Assembly (NCBI GenBank): GCA_036846145.1
Contig: DAIUCM010000002.1
Location: 15,345-79,344, forward strand
DNA length: 64,000 nt
Reading direction: 5' to 3'
Source: Bacteroidota bacterium
GTDB taxonomy: Bacteria; Bacteroidota; Bacteroidia; CAILMK01
Shown here: piece after piece, positions 19,550-29,704 of the stretch
Layout of the letters: every line of letters begins with the position of its first letter
How positions within the stretch are numbered: position 1 is the first letter of the stretch
Position numbers and translations under genes: made by a program
Notes under the pieces: model-generated
Seen by the model: only the letters and a program-made list of their open reading frames with translations
Databases searched by the model: none
What the model was told of the DNA's origin: nothing

Positions 19550-20461
19550 TCAACCAAGCCTGCGGCGGAAAACAAAAAATACTATTAAGCCGGCAATAAT
19601 AAAAGGCCATAAATAGGTAACGCCTACAATAAAGCCCAGCATCATGCGCCAGCCATTGGCAAACGCCTCGCCCAGCTTCGCGAAAAAGCCGGTTTCGGTT
19701 GGCGGTGTTACTTTATAAGGTAAGTTCTGGTAAACATATAGCTGTAAAGTGCTGTACATAACCTGGTCGCGCATAAGTTTAAGCTGTCCTTCGGCGCTTT
19801 CAATTTCTTCACGCAACTGGCGTATCTGCTCTTCTATTTTCAAAGTTTCATCAATGTTTTTAGCCCTCTTCAAAAAATCCATATAACGCGCTTCCACTTC
19901 GCGCCTGGTTTTAAGCCGGCCTTCAATATCAACAAACTGTGCCGTTACATCCTGTACATTTACGGTTTTGCTCTCCACGTAACTGGCTTCTTTTTCCAGC
20001 TGGCTCACAAGCGCATCGTACTGGTTAAAAGGAATGCGAATGGTAATATTATTCTGGATAGTATTGCCTGTATTGCTTTCATTTTCGCTGCTTATATAAC
20101 CGTTATGCCCGGCAATCAGCTGGTTTATGCGTGGCCTGGTTTGGGCGTAATCTTCTACCTGCATGCGCAGGCTTCCGTTTTTTATCAGCTTTTTCTGGAT
20201 TTCCGGCTTGGGAACTGGTGTGTTTTGGTTTACTGAATGCTGTGTGCTTACCGCTGTTGCATGGCTAGTACTGGCATCCGTAAAAGCAACTGTTGTACGG
20301 TTAATATTGCTCCCGGTATTTTCTTCAACATCCAAAATGGCTGCGGGTGGTGGCGGTGCTTCTTCCGATCCAGCATAATCCAGGCTTTTTGAATTATTTT
20401 GCTGTTCGCTGTTACAGGCTGCGGCCAGGAGTAAAATTACCAGTAAGTATATATTTTTCAC
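19550..20461 (-). CDS. lipoprotein with central coiled-coil and C-terminal TM anchor (DUF4349-like)
   Basis: 303 aa; lipobox LLAAAC; Pro/Ala-rich linker; heptad region EEQIRQLREEIESAEGQLKLMRDQV; C-terminal hydrophobic helix + RRRLG. Confidence 0.45.
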   Translation of the reverse strand: MKNIYLLVILLLAAACNSEQQNNSKSLDYAGSEEAPPPPAAILDVEENTGSNINRTTVAFTDASTSHATAVSTQHSVNQNTPVPKPEIQKKLIKNGSLRMQVEDYAQTRPRINQLIAGHNGYISSENESNTGNTIQNNITIRIPFNQYDALVSQLEKEASYVESKTVNVQDVTAQFVDIEGRLKTRREVEARYMDFLKRAKNIDETLKIEEQIRQLREEIESAEGQLKLMRDQVMYSTLQLYVYQNLPYKVTPPTETGFFAKLGEAFANGWRMMLGFIVGVTYLWPFIIAGLIVFFVFRRRLG

Positions 20462-20666
20462 TGTAAGTGTTTTATGGTTTTACAAGCATACAATTTAACT
20501 GCCGAATATGGCAATTACTAGTTGGAACGATAAAAGTAACTAATATTTTGCATATTTGCCCTGCGCAGAAAATACTTTAAGCTGCCGCTGATATGGGGAA
20601 TGCGCCTTAACTTTGAAGTTTACTGCGAAACGCAAGCTTAATATAATTTTTTTTACCAAAGGGCGA

Positions 20667-21659
20667 ATGATCCAGCTTTTCCGCACCAACCGGCCGATAG
20701 TATTTTTGCTGCTGCTGCTATATGCAGCCGGCCTGCGCGCGGGCTTACTGTTGTTCCCTGATATTGTTGTGCCCGGCTCAGATTCATTTTTGGGGCCTTT
20801 TATTATAAACCTGGTAAAGGCCAACAACATACCTGCGCTATATTTGCAAATTGCCGATGTGGTTTTTATTTACCTGCAGGCTATATTTCTTAATTTTACG
20901 CTGAGTACAAACAACGTTTTTGAGCGCAATACTTATGTGCCGGCCTTTGTTTTTATAACGCTTACCGGGCTTTTTGGCAGCTGGCAGGCGGCCGATCTTC
21001 AAACCATTTCACAGCTTTTTCTGCTTATATCTATTTATAACCTTTTTACGCTTTCGGGTAAGGAAATCAGCCGGCAGAATATATTTTTCACCTCGCTGTT
21101 TTTAAGTATTGGCTCGCTGTTTTATTTCCCGGTAACCTTGTTCCTCTTAATTATTTTAGTGGTACTGATGGTTCGTTCGTATAGCTTTTTTGAACTGCTG
21201 CTGCTGCTTGTTGGCTTTGTATTACCATATTATTTTATTGGGATAGGATTTTATTACCAGGATGCGTTGCCGCAATATTTCCGTTTCCTAAAGCATGTTG
21301 TGCATTTTGACCCCAATCTGTCGCCAGATATGACGTATATGGAATTGGGCATGATGATTTACCTGCTGCTGCTGATAATACTGGGCTATTTTTATATACG
21401 CGCCGATAGTAATTTTAAGATAGTGAAGCAGCGCAGGCTGGTTTTTATTTTGCTGGGCTACACTTTGTTAACATTTTTGGTGGCGCCATTTGTAAGCAGT
21501 CACAAACTTTTCTACCTGCAAATGATCTGCGTGCCGGCAACCGTTTTCATTGCCAAAATTTTCGATAGGGACAGGATTGGCTGGCTGAACCAGGTTTTAT
21601 TCCTTTTGCTGCTCCTTGGCGCTGTTTTCTTTGAGCTGTATTATTTACGGATCTTGTAA
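20667..21659 (+). CDS. polytopic integral membrane protein (8-10 TM), unknown function
   Basis: ORF 20613-21659; ATG at 20667 gives MIQLFRTNRPIVFLLLLLYAAGL; continuous hydrophobic helices. Confidence 0.5.
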   Translation: MIQLFRTNRPIVFLLLLLYAAGLRAGLLLFPDIVVPGSDSFLGPFIINLVKANNIPALYLQIADVVFIYLQAIFLNFTLSTNNVFERNTYVPAFVFITLTGLFGSWQAADLQTISQLFLLISIYNLFTLSGKEISRQNIFFTSLFLSIGSLFYFPVTLFLLIILVVLMVRSYSFFELLLLLVGFVLPYYFIGIGFYYQDALPQYFRFLKHVVHFDPNLSPDMTYMELGMMIYLLLLIILGYFYIRADSNFKIVKQRRLVFILLGYTLLTFLVAPFVSSHKLFYLQMICVPATVFIAKIFDRDRIGWLNQVLFLLLLLGAVFFELYYLRIL

Positions 21660-21712
21660 ATCCAAGATTTTCCATATATGGTTTAATGGAAAAATAGTTT
21701 AAATATCAACGT

Positions 21713-22237
21713 CTAATCTTTCCTGATTAGCGTAATAACTACTTCATCATTCAGCGTTAAAGTCAATGTATTATTGTTGAATTCGCAAACATATTTGGTT
21801 TTATTATTAGGTTGTTTTTGGTCATATGCTACAAGGCTCTTTGTTAAAACATCAGGAAGATGAGGCACTTCTGGGATAGTTGGGTTTTCTAATCTGTAGA
21901 AAAATAACCTATTGAGGTCTAGAGCTATCGCTGGCAAATAATTGTATGATAGATACTTAAATGTGTCAGTTCCGATGTATATTAATAATTCTCCAGGCAC
22001 TTCATTCAACACAGAATAGCCCCATCTTACAAAATTTATAATAATTTCCTTTTCTGGTGTATAGAAAGTATCTGCCGTTTTGATATGCGCTAATTTCCAT
22101 TCGCCTTCTAATTCTTTGGACTTCAGCTTGACGTAATTAACGTTATTATTATGTTGGCTGATTATCGAATAAAATACGCATGAGGACTGCACAAAAATGA
22201 AAAAAGCAATAAAAAATAATAATTTCGCTAAATGCAT
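21713..22237 (-). CDS. hypothetical secreted protein
   Basis: 174 aa with signal peptide MHLAKLLFFIAFFIFVQSSC. Confidence 0.4.
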   Translation of the reverse strand: MHLAKLLFFIAFFIFVQSSCVFYSIISQHNNNVNYVKLKSKELEGEWKLAHIKTADTFYTPEKEIIINFVRWGYSVLNEVPGELLIYIGTDTFKYLSYNYLPAIALDLNRLFFYRLENPTIPEVPHLPDVLTKSLVAYDQKQPNNKTKYVCEFNNNTLTLTLNDEVVITLIRKD

Positions 22238-22289
22238 CTTACTTATTTCATACTATATTTTCCTAATTAAATTAACCTTCGAAGCGCTC

Positions 22290-22508
22290 GTAGAAACGAC
22301 GATTTATCGCGTCTCATTCTTGAGATGAAGCTGAGACGCGATAAATCGGCGTCTCTACAACACCAGAATGCCATTTACATATATACTTTGTCCAAAAAAT
22401 ACTTTCATAATTGAATCACGAAACCAGTGAAATCAAATTAATCATTATTAATCAGCGGTCTGACATGAAAACCGCGACGAAGCATTCGTAATTCGTAATT
22501 CGTAATTG
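22290..22508. mobile_element. degenerate MITE-like family-2 copy (27-bp hairpin GTAGAAACGACGATTTATCGCGTCTCA / TGAGACGCGATAAATCGGCGTCTCTAC; right end CCGCGACGAAGCATTCGTAATTCGTAATTCGTAATTG)
   Basis: Near-perfect 27-bp inverted repeat at 22290-22358; right-end block is reverse complement of the AATTACGAATGCATCGTCGCGG block at 8914; internal palindromic-motif half-site 22379-22406. Confidence 0.45.
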
Positions 22509-22510
22509 AA

Positions 22511-25342
22511 TTAGTGCGCTTCCAGCCAGTTATCGCCGGTTCCCATTTCAACTTCAATCGGTATTTTCAGTTTCAGGGCGTTGCGCATTTTATCTTCCAC
22601 AATTTCTTTTACTTCATCAATTTCAGATTTCAGCGCATCGAAAACCAATTCATCATGTACTTGTAAAAGCATTTTACTTTTTAGTTTGCGCTCCTGTAAT
22701 TCCTTGTAAATATTGATCATCGCAATTTTGATCATATCGGCAGCGGTTCCTTGGATAGGCGCGTTGATGGCGTTTCGCTCTGCATAGCCGCGCGTTGTGG
22801 CGTTGCGTGAATTGATATCACGTAAATATCTCCTTCGGCCAAGCAAAGTTTCCACATAGCCGTTTTGCTGCGCGAAAGCAACCATATCGTGCAGATATTG
22901 ATTGATGCGCGGATACTGAACATTGTATTGCGCAATAATATCGGCAGCTTCACCACGGGAAATACTTAGTCGCTGGGCCAGACCAAACGCAGAAATACCG
23001 TAAATGATACCGAAATTCACCATTTTGGCTTTGCGGCGCATCTCCGGCGTTACACCTTCTACCGGCAAACTGTAAATTTTTGCAGCCGTAGCCGTGTGAA
23101 TATCATGCTTTTGCTCAAATGCTTCTATCATGGCTTCATCGCCGCTGATCTCCGCAATTAAACGCAACTCGATCTGTGAATAATCCGCAGAAAGAATGGT
23201 GTGGTTTTCATCGCGCGGAATAAATGCTTTACGAATTTCACGGCCTTTCTCTGTACGAATTGGAATATTCTGCAAATTCGGATCGGTAGAACTTAATCTG
23301 CCTGTTGCGGCAACTGCCTGGTTGTAAGAAGTATGTATGCGGCCGGTTTTGCGGTTTACCAATAACGGAAGCGCATCTACATACGTACTTTTTAGTTTTT
23401 GCAGGGAACGATACTCCAGGATTTTTTTAGCGATATCGTGCTTCATGGCCAGAACACTCAGAACATCTTCACCGGTGGAATATTGCTTGCTTTTGGCGGT
23501 TCGTTTCGCTTTCGGATCTAATTTTAACTTATCGAAAAGTATTTCACCAAGCTGCATCGGCGAATTAAGGTTGAAAGTGCAATCTGCCATGCCATATATA
23601 TCCGCCTCAATTTCGCGCAGATCTTTCCGCAAGTCTTCTGAGAAGTTTTTTAAAGCCTCTGTATCCAGTCGAATTCCTTCGCGCTCCATATCCGCCAAGA
23701 CATAAACCAAAGGCAATTCTACTTCTTTCAGCAACTTTTCGGCATTTACTCCAGCTAATTCAGGCTTTAGTTTTTCGCGTAATTGCAAGGTTACATCGGC
23801 ATCTTCAGCAGCATAATCTTTTATATTTTCTGCAGGAATCTGCGCCATGCTGAGCTGCTTTTTACCTGCTTTACCAATTAAATTTTCAATAGGAATTGGC
23901 GAATAACCAAGGTAAATATTGGCGAGAAAATCCATTCCGTGACGCTTATCCGGATCAATTAAGTAATGTGCCAGCATAGTATCGAAAAGCGGCCCGCGCA
24001 TCGTCAGACCATAGTTTTTCAATATCTGCACATCGTATTTTATATTCTGGCCTACTTTCTCAATGGTTTCACTTTCAAATATTTCGCGAAAATCTTCCAG
24101 TGCTTTTTTGTCTTCCTTTTCATCGCCGCTGCAATGTATATAAAATGCTTCGCCCGGTTTAGCAGCAAAGGAGAATCCAACTATATCACAATCGTGCGGA
24201 TTTAAATTCGATGTTTCCGTATCGAAACTTACTGCATCAAATCCTTTCAGATATTCCGCCAGTTTTTTACGCTCTTCTTCAGTTTGAATCAGCTTATAAT
24301 CGTGCGGAACATCTTTCAACGTTTTCAGATCTGTACCGGAAAAAGCTTGTGTTTCCTGTTCGTCTGCTGCCGCAAAATCGAATAATCCGGGCTGCTGAAT
24401 CTTTGCAGGTTTTGAAGTTGCAGATGTTCCTTTATCCTGAATTACATCATTTTCATCTGTAAAAAATCTCTTTCCTAAAGCGCGGAATTCCAGCTCGTTA
24501 AACAGCTCACGCAGCATGGGTAAATTCGGCGGAGAAAGCTCAAGCGCGTGTTCATCAAGTTCAATCGGCACATTTATGTTGATGGTTGCCAGCTCTTTGC
24601 TCATAATCGCCTGCTGTGCATGTGTTGCAACTAACTCCGCTAATTTGCCTTTCAGTTTATCCTGGTTGGCGATCATATTTTCCACGCTTCCAAACTCTTT
24701 AATAAGTTTTTTCGCTGTTTTTTCGCCCACGCCTGGTATGCCGGGAATATTGTCAACCGCATCACCCATCAAACCCAGAATATCAATTACCTGCTCCACA
24801 TTATCCACTTCCCATTTGCGTAAAATTGCTGCCTCATCCAGTATTTCTGCAGGATTTCCCATAAAGCCGGGCTTGTGCTGGTAAATGCATGGTCCAACCA
24901 ATTGCGCGTAATCTTTATCCGGCGTCATCATATACACCTGGAAATCTGTACAGGCCGCTTTTTTTGCGAGTGCGCCGATTACATCATCCGCCTCATAACC
25001 ATCTACAAATAAATTTGGAATGCCCAATGCCTCTGACATTTTATAAATATATGGAATAGCAACCGTTATATCTTCCGGCCTGGATTGTCTATTCGCCTTA
25101 TATTCAGAAAATTGATCGTGGCGGAAAGTTGGTTTATCGGTATCGTAAACTATGCCAATATGCGACGGTTTTTCGTTGTTCAGAATCTCCAGCAATGTAT
25201 TTGTAAAGCCATAAATAGCAGACGTATTCATGCCTTTGGAGTTGATTCGCGGCGCGCGGATAAATGCGAAATGGGCGCGGTAAATAAGCGCCATGGCATC
25301 GAGTAAATATAATTTTCTAAGCGGTTTATCTTGCTCGTTCAT
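22511..25342 (-). CDS. polA: DNA polymerase I
   Basis: 943 aa; 5'-3' exonuclease N-terminus (LYLLDAMALIYRAHFA), 3'-5' exo domain, polymerase motifs (RRKAKMVNFGIIYGISAFGLA, LLQVHDELVFD). Confidence 0.95.
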   Translation of the reverse strand: MNEQDKPLRKLYLLDAMALIYRAHFAFIRAPRINSKGMNTSAIYGFTNTLLEILNNEKPSHIGIVYDTDKPTFRHDQFSEYKANRQSRPEDITVAIPYIYKMSEALGIPNLFVDGYEADDVIGALAKKAACTDFQVYMMTPDKDYAQLVGPCIYQHKPGFMGNPAEILDEAAILRKWEVDNVEQVIDILGLMGDAVDNIPGIPGVGEKTAKKLIKEFGSVENMIANQDKLKGKLAELVATHAQQAIMSKELATININVPIELDEHALELSPPNLPMLRELFNELEFRALGKRFFTDENDVIQDKGTSATSKPAKIQQPGLFDFAAADEQETQAFSGTDLKTLKDVPHDYKLIQTEEERKKLAEYLKGFDAVSFDTETSNLNPHDCDIVGFSFAAKPGEAFYIHCSGDEKEDKKALEDFREIFESETIEKVGQNIKYDVQILKNYGLTMRGPLFDTMLAHYLIDPDKRHGMDFLANIYLGYSPIPIENLIGKAGKKQLSMAQIPAENIKDYAAEDADVTLQLREKLKPELAGVNAEKLLKEVELPLVYVLADMEREGIRLDTEALKNFSEDLRKDLREIEADIYGMADCTFNLNSPMQLGEILFDKLKLDPKAKRTAKSKQYSTGEDVLSVLAMKHDIAKKILEYRSLQKLKSTYVDALPLLVNRKTGRIHTSYNQAVAATGRLSSTDPNLQNIPIRTEKGREIRKAFIPRDENHTILSADYSQIELRLIAEISGDEAMIEAFEQKHDIHTATAAKIYSLPVEGVTPEMRRKAKMVNFGIIYGISAFGLAQRLSISRGEAADIIAQYNVQYPRINQYLHDMVAFAQQNGYVETLLGRRRYLRDINSRNATTRGYAERNAINAPIQGTAADMIKIAMINIYKELQERKLKSKMLLQVHDELVFDALKSEIDEVKEIVEDKMRNALKLKIPIEVEMGTGDNWLEAH

Positions 25343-25530
25343 GCTGTTAATTATTCTTTATACTGAAGCATTTTTAGCCGTCTGCATATATGGATGCGCC
25401 GGAAAATGCTTCGTGATTTATTATTCTAAATATTCCCCTTCCAGGTAAAAATTATGGTTAACAAAAGGGTTTTTCAAAGGTATAAAAAATAGTTTCTATT
25501 CTTAGAGCATTGCCTTAAGCTGTAAAAGTC

Positions 25531-25615
25531 CCATGCCTTCAGCCTGTGTTGAAGCGGTAAAATACAAGAAGAGCCTTAAAGGCTCAGACACCAAAGCCTG
25601 GGGCAACGCCCTAGG
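25531..25615. repeat. REP-like cluster (GAGCCTTAAAGGCTC hairpin + CCTGGGGCAACGCCCTAGG hairpin, plus partial CAGGCTGAAGG...CATGGG module)
   Basis: Reverse-complement matches the module order of 10627-10677 and of the REP arms around the RAYT gene. Confidence 0.55.
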
Positions 25616-25667
25616 GAAAAATCAAAGCATTTTTCAGCAATACGCTATATGGAAAAGGCATAAAAAA

Positions 25668-25700
25668 AGCCCGCTGAATTGGTTCAGCGGGCTTTTTTTA
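25668..25700 (-). terminator. bidirectional rho-independent terminator
   Basis: aaaaaaagcccgctgaa-ttgg-ttcagcgggcttttttta; 11-bp stem, A-run/T-run on both sides; lies downstream of 25719-25922 (-). Confidence 0.75.
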
Positions 25701-25718
25701 TAGATTTTATAAGCAAAA

Positions 25719-25922
25719 TTAGTTTTTCGCTACTTTCTTGTTAGATTTTTTCTCTGCTTTGTGATCAGCAGCACATTTTTCTGCTGATTTACCTTTGCAG
25801 CACTCTTTGGTTTCAGCTGTTTTTTTGCTTTTGCAGCCAGCCTGGTCGCCACATGCGAAAGAAGAAGTAGCTACAGACATGCTGAACATAAGAGCTAAAG
25901 CTGATGCGAATAATGTTTTCAT
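25719..25922 (-). CDS. small secreted Cys/Lys-rich protein, hypothetical
   Basis: 67 aa; signal peptide MKTLFASALALMFSMSVATSSFA; 6 Cys, 14 Lys; followed by strong terminator. Confidence 0.4.
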   Translation of the reverse strand: MKTLFASALALMFSMSVATSSFACGDQAGCKSKKTAETKECCKGKSAEKCAADHKAEKKSNKKVAKN

Positions 25923-25999
25923 AGAATTATGTTTTAAATTTTGAATATAAGGGTTTCAACCGCAAGATACGTAAAATAATTCAAATATCCGGCCAATAA

Positions 26000-26683
26000 T
26001 TAATATCCAGAGAAAATTATTCCCAGGCTGTATAAATTATAATTCGGTACATTGGTAGCTTTAAAGGTAGATGACAGATCGTAACGGCCATATATGCTGA
26101 ACATTCCGTAGCCGATACGAACGGTTGGGCCGTAACGCAGGCGGTTAATGTTATCAAAATCTTTACGTTTACTTATAGCGTCCTCATCTTTAAACTTGGT
26201 GTGCGCATCTATACAAAAACCTGTACGCCAGCCAATTGCAAATTTAAAGCCGGCCTTTGCGCTGGAATCTCCTCTTTTGGTCGCCAGGCTAAGCTCTACA
26301 GGTACCTCCAGGTAAGTAAGAGAAAGTTTATTTTTAATATACTTGCTTTTATCCATCAGAATATGGTTGCCTAAAACATTGCCGTCTTCATCAAACTCCC
26401 AGGTGCGGAAATTGGTGTGAATGTTTACATTAGAGATGGCAAGCCCGGTGTTTATACCAAACGTGCCCTTTTGCCCGAATTTAAAACGGTGCGTTAACGC
26501 TACGTCAATACCTCTGTTTCTTTCAGGCCGCATTTCTATTTTACTATCGTTGTAATTGTGCCAGTTGCTAAAGGTTGGCCCAATTTGTATGGAAGATCGT
26601 TTCAGCGCATCACCAATTCCTTGGGAAAAAGCATAATTTTGAAGTGCGAAGAAGCAAAGCAGAAATGGAAGTATTTTTTTCAT
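26000..26683 (-). CDS. outer-membrane beta-barrel (OmpA-like porin family) protein
   Basis: ORF 26000-26725; start at MKKILPFLLCFFALQNYAFSQ (26683); alternating beta-strand pattern, terminal aromatic. Confidence 0.55.
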   Translation of the reverse strand: MKKILPFLLCFFALQNYAFSQGIGDALKRSSIQIGPTFSNWHNYNDSKIEMRPERNRGIDVALTHRFKFGQKGTFGINTGLAISNVNIHTNFRTWEFDEDGNVLGNHILMDKSKYIKNKLSLTYLEVPVELSLATKRGDSSAKAGFKFAIGWRTGFCIDAHTKFKDEDAISKRKDFDNINRLRYGPTVRIGYGMFSIYGRYDLSSTFKATNVPNYNLYSLGIIFSGY

Positions 26684-26803
26684 TTGATGTATATAAGTTT
26701 CCGAATATAGAGTAAAACTAAGCAATATAATAAAAGTTTAAACCCTTTTTTTCAATTTCAACAAATGCGCTATACTTTAGACCAACCTCAGGAAGATCCT
26801 GAA

Positions 26804-27616
26804 ATGTCGTTTTTAGATCATCTGGAGGCGTTGCGCTGGCATATTATACGCGTTGTACTGGCAGTGTTCCTGTTCGCCATACTGGCCTTTGTAAATAAAA
26901 GCCTGGTGTTCGATACAATTTTTCTTGGCCCATCCAGGCTCGATTTCTGGACCTACCGGAAACTTTGCTGGCTCTCGGAAAACTTTAATATGGGCGATGC
27001 CATGTGCGTAAAAAAAATGGGCTTCTCGGTAATAAATACCGAAATGGCCGGCCAGTTTACCCAGCATATCGGCATATCCATAACGGTAGGCTTTGTGCTG
27101 GCTTTCCCTTATGCTTTGTTCGAGTTGTGGCGGTTTTTCAGGCCGGCTTTAACACCTGCCGAGCGCAGTTATACTAAAGGTGTAGTGGGTTTCAGCGCAG
27201 TTTTATTTTTGGTTGGGATTTTATTCGGCTACTATGTAATTTCACCTGTAACTATACAATTTCTTGGCAATTACAACCTTAGCGAAGACATTGAGAACAC
27301 CATACAGATAAGCGATTATATTTCCACGCTAACCATGACAACTTTTTCCATAGCTTTGGTTTTTGAATTGCCAGTTATAGTGTTTTTTCTGAGCCAGGGC
27401 GGTATTTTTACACCACAAGGCATGCGCACTTACCGCAAACACGCTATACTGGCCATACTTGTTCTGTCGGCTATACTTACGCCATCATCAGATATTCTAA
27501 GCTTGCTGCTGGTAAGTTTACCTTTCTGGATTTTGTATGAATTAAGTATATTGGTATCGGCATTTGTAAATAACAGAAGAATAAAACGAGAAAGAAATGA
27601 ATATAGTAATCGCTAA
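26804..27616 (+). CDS. tatC: twin-arginine translocase subunit TatC
   Basis: MSFLDHLEALRWHIIRVVLAV... 6 TM; classic TatC N-terminus; ORF-track start 26765 is probably upstream of true start. Confidence 0.9.
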   Translation: MSFLDHLEALRWHIIRVVLAVFLFAILAFVNKSLVFDTIFLGPSRLDFWTYRKLCWLSENFNMGDAMCVKKMGFSVINTEMAGQFTQHIGISITVGFVLAFPYALFELWRFFRPALTPAERSYTKGVVGFSAVLFLVGILFGYYVISPVTIQFLGNYNLSEDIENTIQISDYISTLTMTTFSIALVFELPVIVFFLSQGGIFTPQGMRTYRKHAILAILVLSAILTPSSDILSLLLVSLPFWILYELSILVSAFVNNRRIKRERNEYSNR

Positions 27617-28025
27617 CGATCATGCAGGTTTTGGCTTGAAACAAAAGGTTAAAAACTGGCTAACAGAAGCAAATTATACCGTTGATGATATTGGCGCGCA
27701 CAGCGAAGATTCAGTTGATTATCCGGATTTTGCGCATAATTTGGCAGATAAAGTTGAAAGTGGCGAAGCAGATCTGGGAATTTTGATTTGCGGCTCCGGC
27801 AATGGTGTTTCTATGGCTGCCAACAAGCACAAAGGCATTCGTGCGGCGCTAGCCTGGCTGCCGGAAATTGCTTCGCTTGCACGCCAGCACAACAACGCCA
27901 ATGTACTTAGTTTGCCTGCCCGATTTATTACTGATGATCAAGCAAAAGAAATAGTTTTCGCGTATTTAAATGCAGAATTTGAAGGCGGAAGGCACGCGAA
28001 GAGAGTTGATAAGATAACCTGTTAA
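27597..28025 (+). CDS. rpiB: ribose-5-phosphate isomerase B
   Basis: 142 aa; MNIVIANDHAGFGLK...ILICGSGNGVSMAANK (RpiB/LacAB catalytic Cys motif); overlaps tatC by 20 nt. Confidence 0.9.
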   Translation: MNIVIANDHAGFGLKQKVKNWLTEANYTVDDIGAHSEDSVDYPDFAHNLADKVESGEADLGILICGSGNGVSMAANKHKGIRAALAWLPEIASLARQHNNANVLSLPARFITDDQAKEIVFAYLNAEFEGGRHAKRVDKITC

Positions 28026-28042
28026 TAAGGAATTAACAATTA

Positions 28043-28193
28043 CGAATTACGAATACATTAACGCGATGTAAAGACGACATGCCTGGCGTCTCGTTGCCGC
28101 GAAGATGTGAATTTCTATATATCAATTTACTAAAAAATGCTCTGAGCAAAATTTTCAATGTCGCGGATGAGACGCCAGGCATGTCGTCTCTAC
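28043..28193. mobile_element. MITE-like family-2 element, copy 1 (25-bp TIRs GTAAAGACGACATGCCTGGCGTCTC / GAGACGCCAGGCATGTCGTCTCTAC)
   Basis: Perfect 24/25 terminal inverted repeats at 28068-28092 and 28169-28193 enclosing ~75 bp that carries a palindromic-motif half-site (ctatatat..aaaaaatgctct); preceded by AATTACGAATTACGAATA block. Confidence 0.7.
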
Positions 28194-28312
28194 ACAGATC
28201 AACAGATAACAGAAATCTAAGGCATTTTCTGAATAAAGTATATATGTAGAAACAATAACTGGAATCTAAATTTCATTCAAAATTCAGCATTCAACATTCA
28301 AAATTTCACTCC

Positions 28313-29698
28313 ATGTCAAGCCCTAAAACGCAATTCATACAGCAGTCCAATAAAAAGGCATTTGATGTTGAGCACCGCAAACGCATCAACTTCAACATAG
28401 CCAAATACAAAGCCAGCGTTTATACGGGAATGAACCAGTTTGCCGATGTTACTTTGGCGCGCGAAAGGGCAGCAGCAGCAAAACGAAAAGTGGTGGAAAA
28501 CCTGGATAAATACCTGATAGAGTGGGAGGCAAATTTCAAGAAGAACGGCGGAAAAGTAATTTGGGCGCAGGATGCCGCTGAAGCCAATAAAGAAATTTTA
28601 GCCATACTGAAAAAGCACAATGTAAAAAGCATTGTGAAAAGTAAAAGTATGGTTACCGAGGAAATAAAGCTCAACGAATTCCTCAAACAAAACAATATAG
28701 AGCCGATTGAAACCGATCTGGGCGAATATATTCAGCAGCTGGATGGCGAGCCGCCTTACCACATTGTAACGCCAGCCATGCACAAAAGCAAGGAAGATAT
28801 CGCCAAACTTTTCCATGAGAAACTAGGTACGCCATTAGATTTCACCCCGCAGGAATTAACCTTAAAAGCACGCGAAATTTTACGGCAAAAGTATGTAGAA
28901 GCCGGCGCCGGATTTACAGGTGCTAACTTTTTACTGGCTGATATCGGTGGCGTGCATATGCTCGAGAATGAAGGCAACGGCAGGCTGAGCGCCTCTTTCC
29001 CTAAAGTGCATATTGTGGTTACAGGTATTGAAAAAATTCTTCCTTCGGTTCACGATCTTTCGTTATTTCTGCCGATGCTCTCTACGTTTGGTACGGGACA
29101 GAAAATCTGCAATTACAACACCATATATACAGGTCCGAAAAAACGCTTTGAGATTGACGGCCCGGAAGAAATGTATGTTGTTTTGCTTGATAATGGTAGA
29201 AGTGATCTGTTGGCGCAAGTTCCTCAGCGAGAGGCTTTGGGTTGTATTCGTTGCGGCGCTTGCTTAAATGCGTGCCCGGTTTATAAAAATGTAGGCGGAC
29301 ATACTTACGGGAAAACTTATTCCGGGCCTATTGGCTCTGTAATAACGCCGTATTACAATGGTTTCAAGAACTATGTACACTTAAGCTATGCTTCTTCGCT
29401 ATGCGGAAATTGTACGGAAGTTTGCCCGGTAAATATAGATCTTCATAAATACTTATTATACAATCGCCAGAAAGCAGTAGAAAGTAATTACACCGGCAGA
29501 GCTGAAAAACTTACCTGGTTTATGTGGCGCAAAGGCATGCTGAACCGTAAAACCATGAATCGCGGAAACGCTACTTTGAAAAATATTATGTTCCGAACTG
29601 TTTTTAGTGGAAGCTGGGGGAAACACCGTGCGCCAATTAAGTTTTCAGGAAAAACATTTAATGAGGAGTGGAAAGAGAAGTTTATGCCGAAGTCCTAA
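28313..29698 (+). CDS. lutB: LutB/YkgF-type lactate-utilization iron-sulfur protein (LUD domain + 2x[4Fe-4S])
   Basis: 461 aa; CIRCGACLNACPVY and CGNCTEVCPV ferredoxin motifs; LUD/DUF162 N-terminal region. Confidence 0.8.
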   Translation: MSSPKTQFIQQSNKKAFDVEHRKRINFNIAKYKASVYTGMNQFADVTLARERAAAAKRKVVENLDKYLIEWEANFKKNGGKVIWAQDAAEANKEILAILKKHNVKSIVKSKSMVTEEIKLNEFLKQNNIEPIETDLGEYIQQLDGEPPYHIVTPAMHKSKEDIAKLFHEKLGTPLDFTPQELTLKAREILRQKYVEAGAGFTGANFLLADIGGVHMLENEGNGRLSASFPKVHIVVTGIEKILPSVHDLSLFLPMLSTFGTGQKICNYNTIYTGPKKRFEIDGPEEMYVVLLDNGRSDLLAQVPQREALGCIRCGACLNACPVYKNVGGHTYGKTYSGPIGSVITPYYNGFKNYVHLSYASSLCGNCTEVCPVNIDLHKYLLYNRQKAVESNYTGRAEKLTWFMWRKGMLNRKTMNRGNATLKNIMFRTVFSGSWGKHRAPIKFSGKTFNEEWKEKFMPKS

Positions 29699-29704
29699 TG
29701 AAAA

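Noticed and set aside
20540-20830. 96-aa minus-strand ORF overlapping the start of the 20667-21659 membrane-protein gene
   Set aside because: It is antisense to a convincing polytopic membrane protein start and has low-complexity basic composition.
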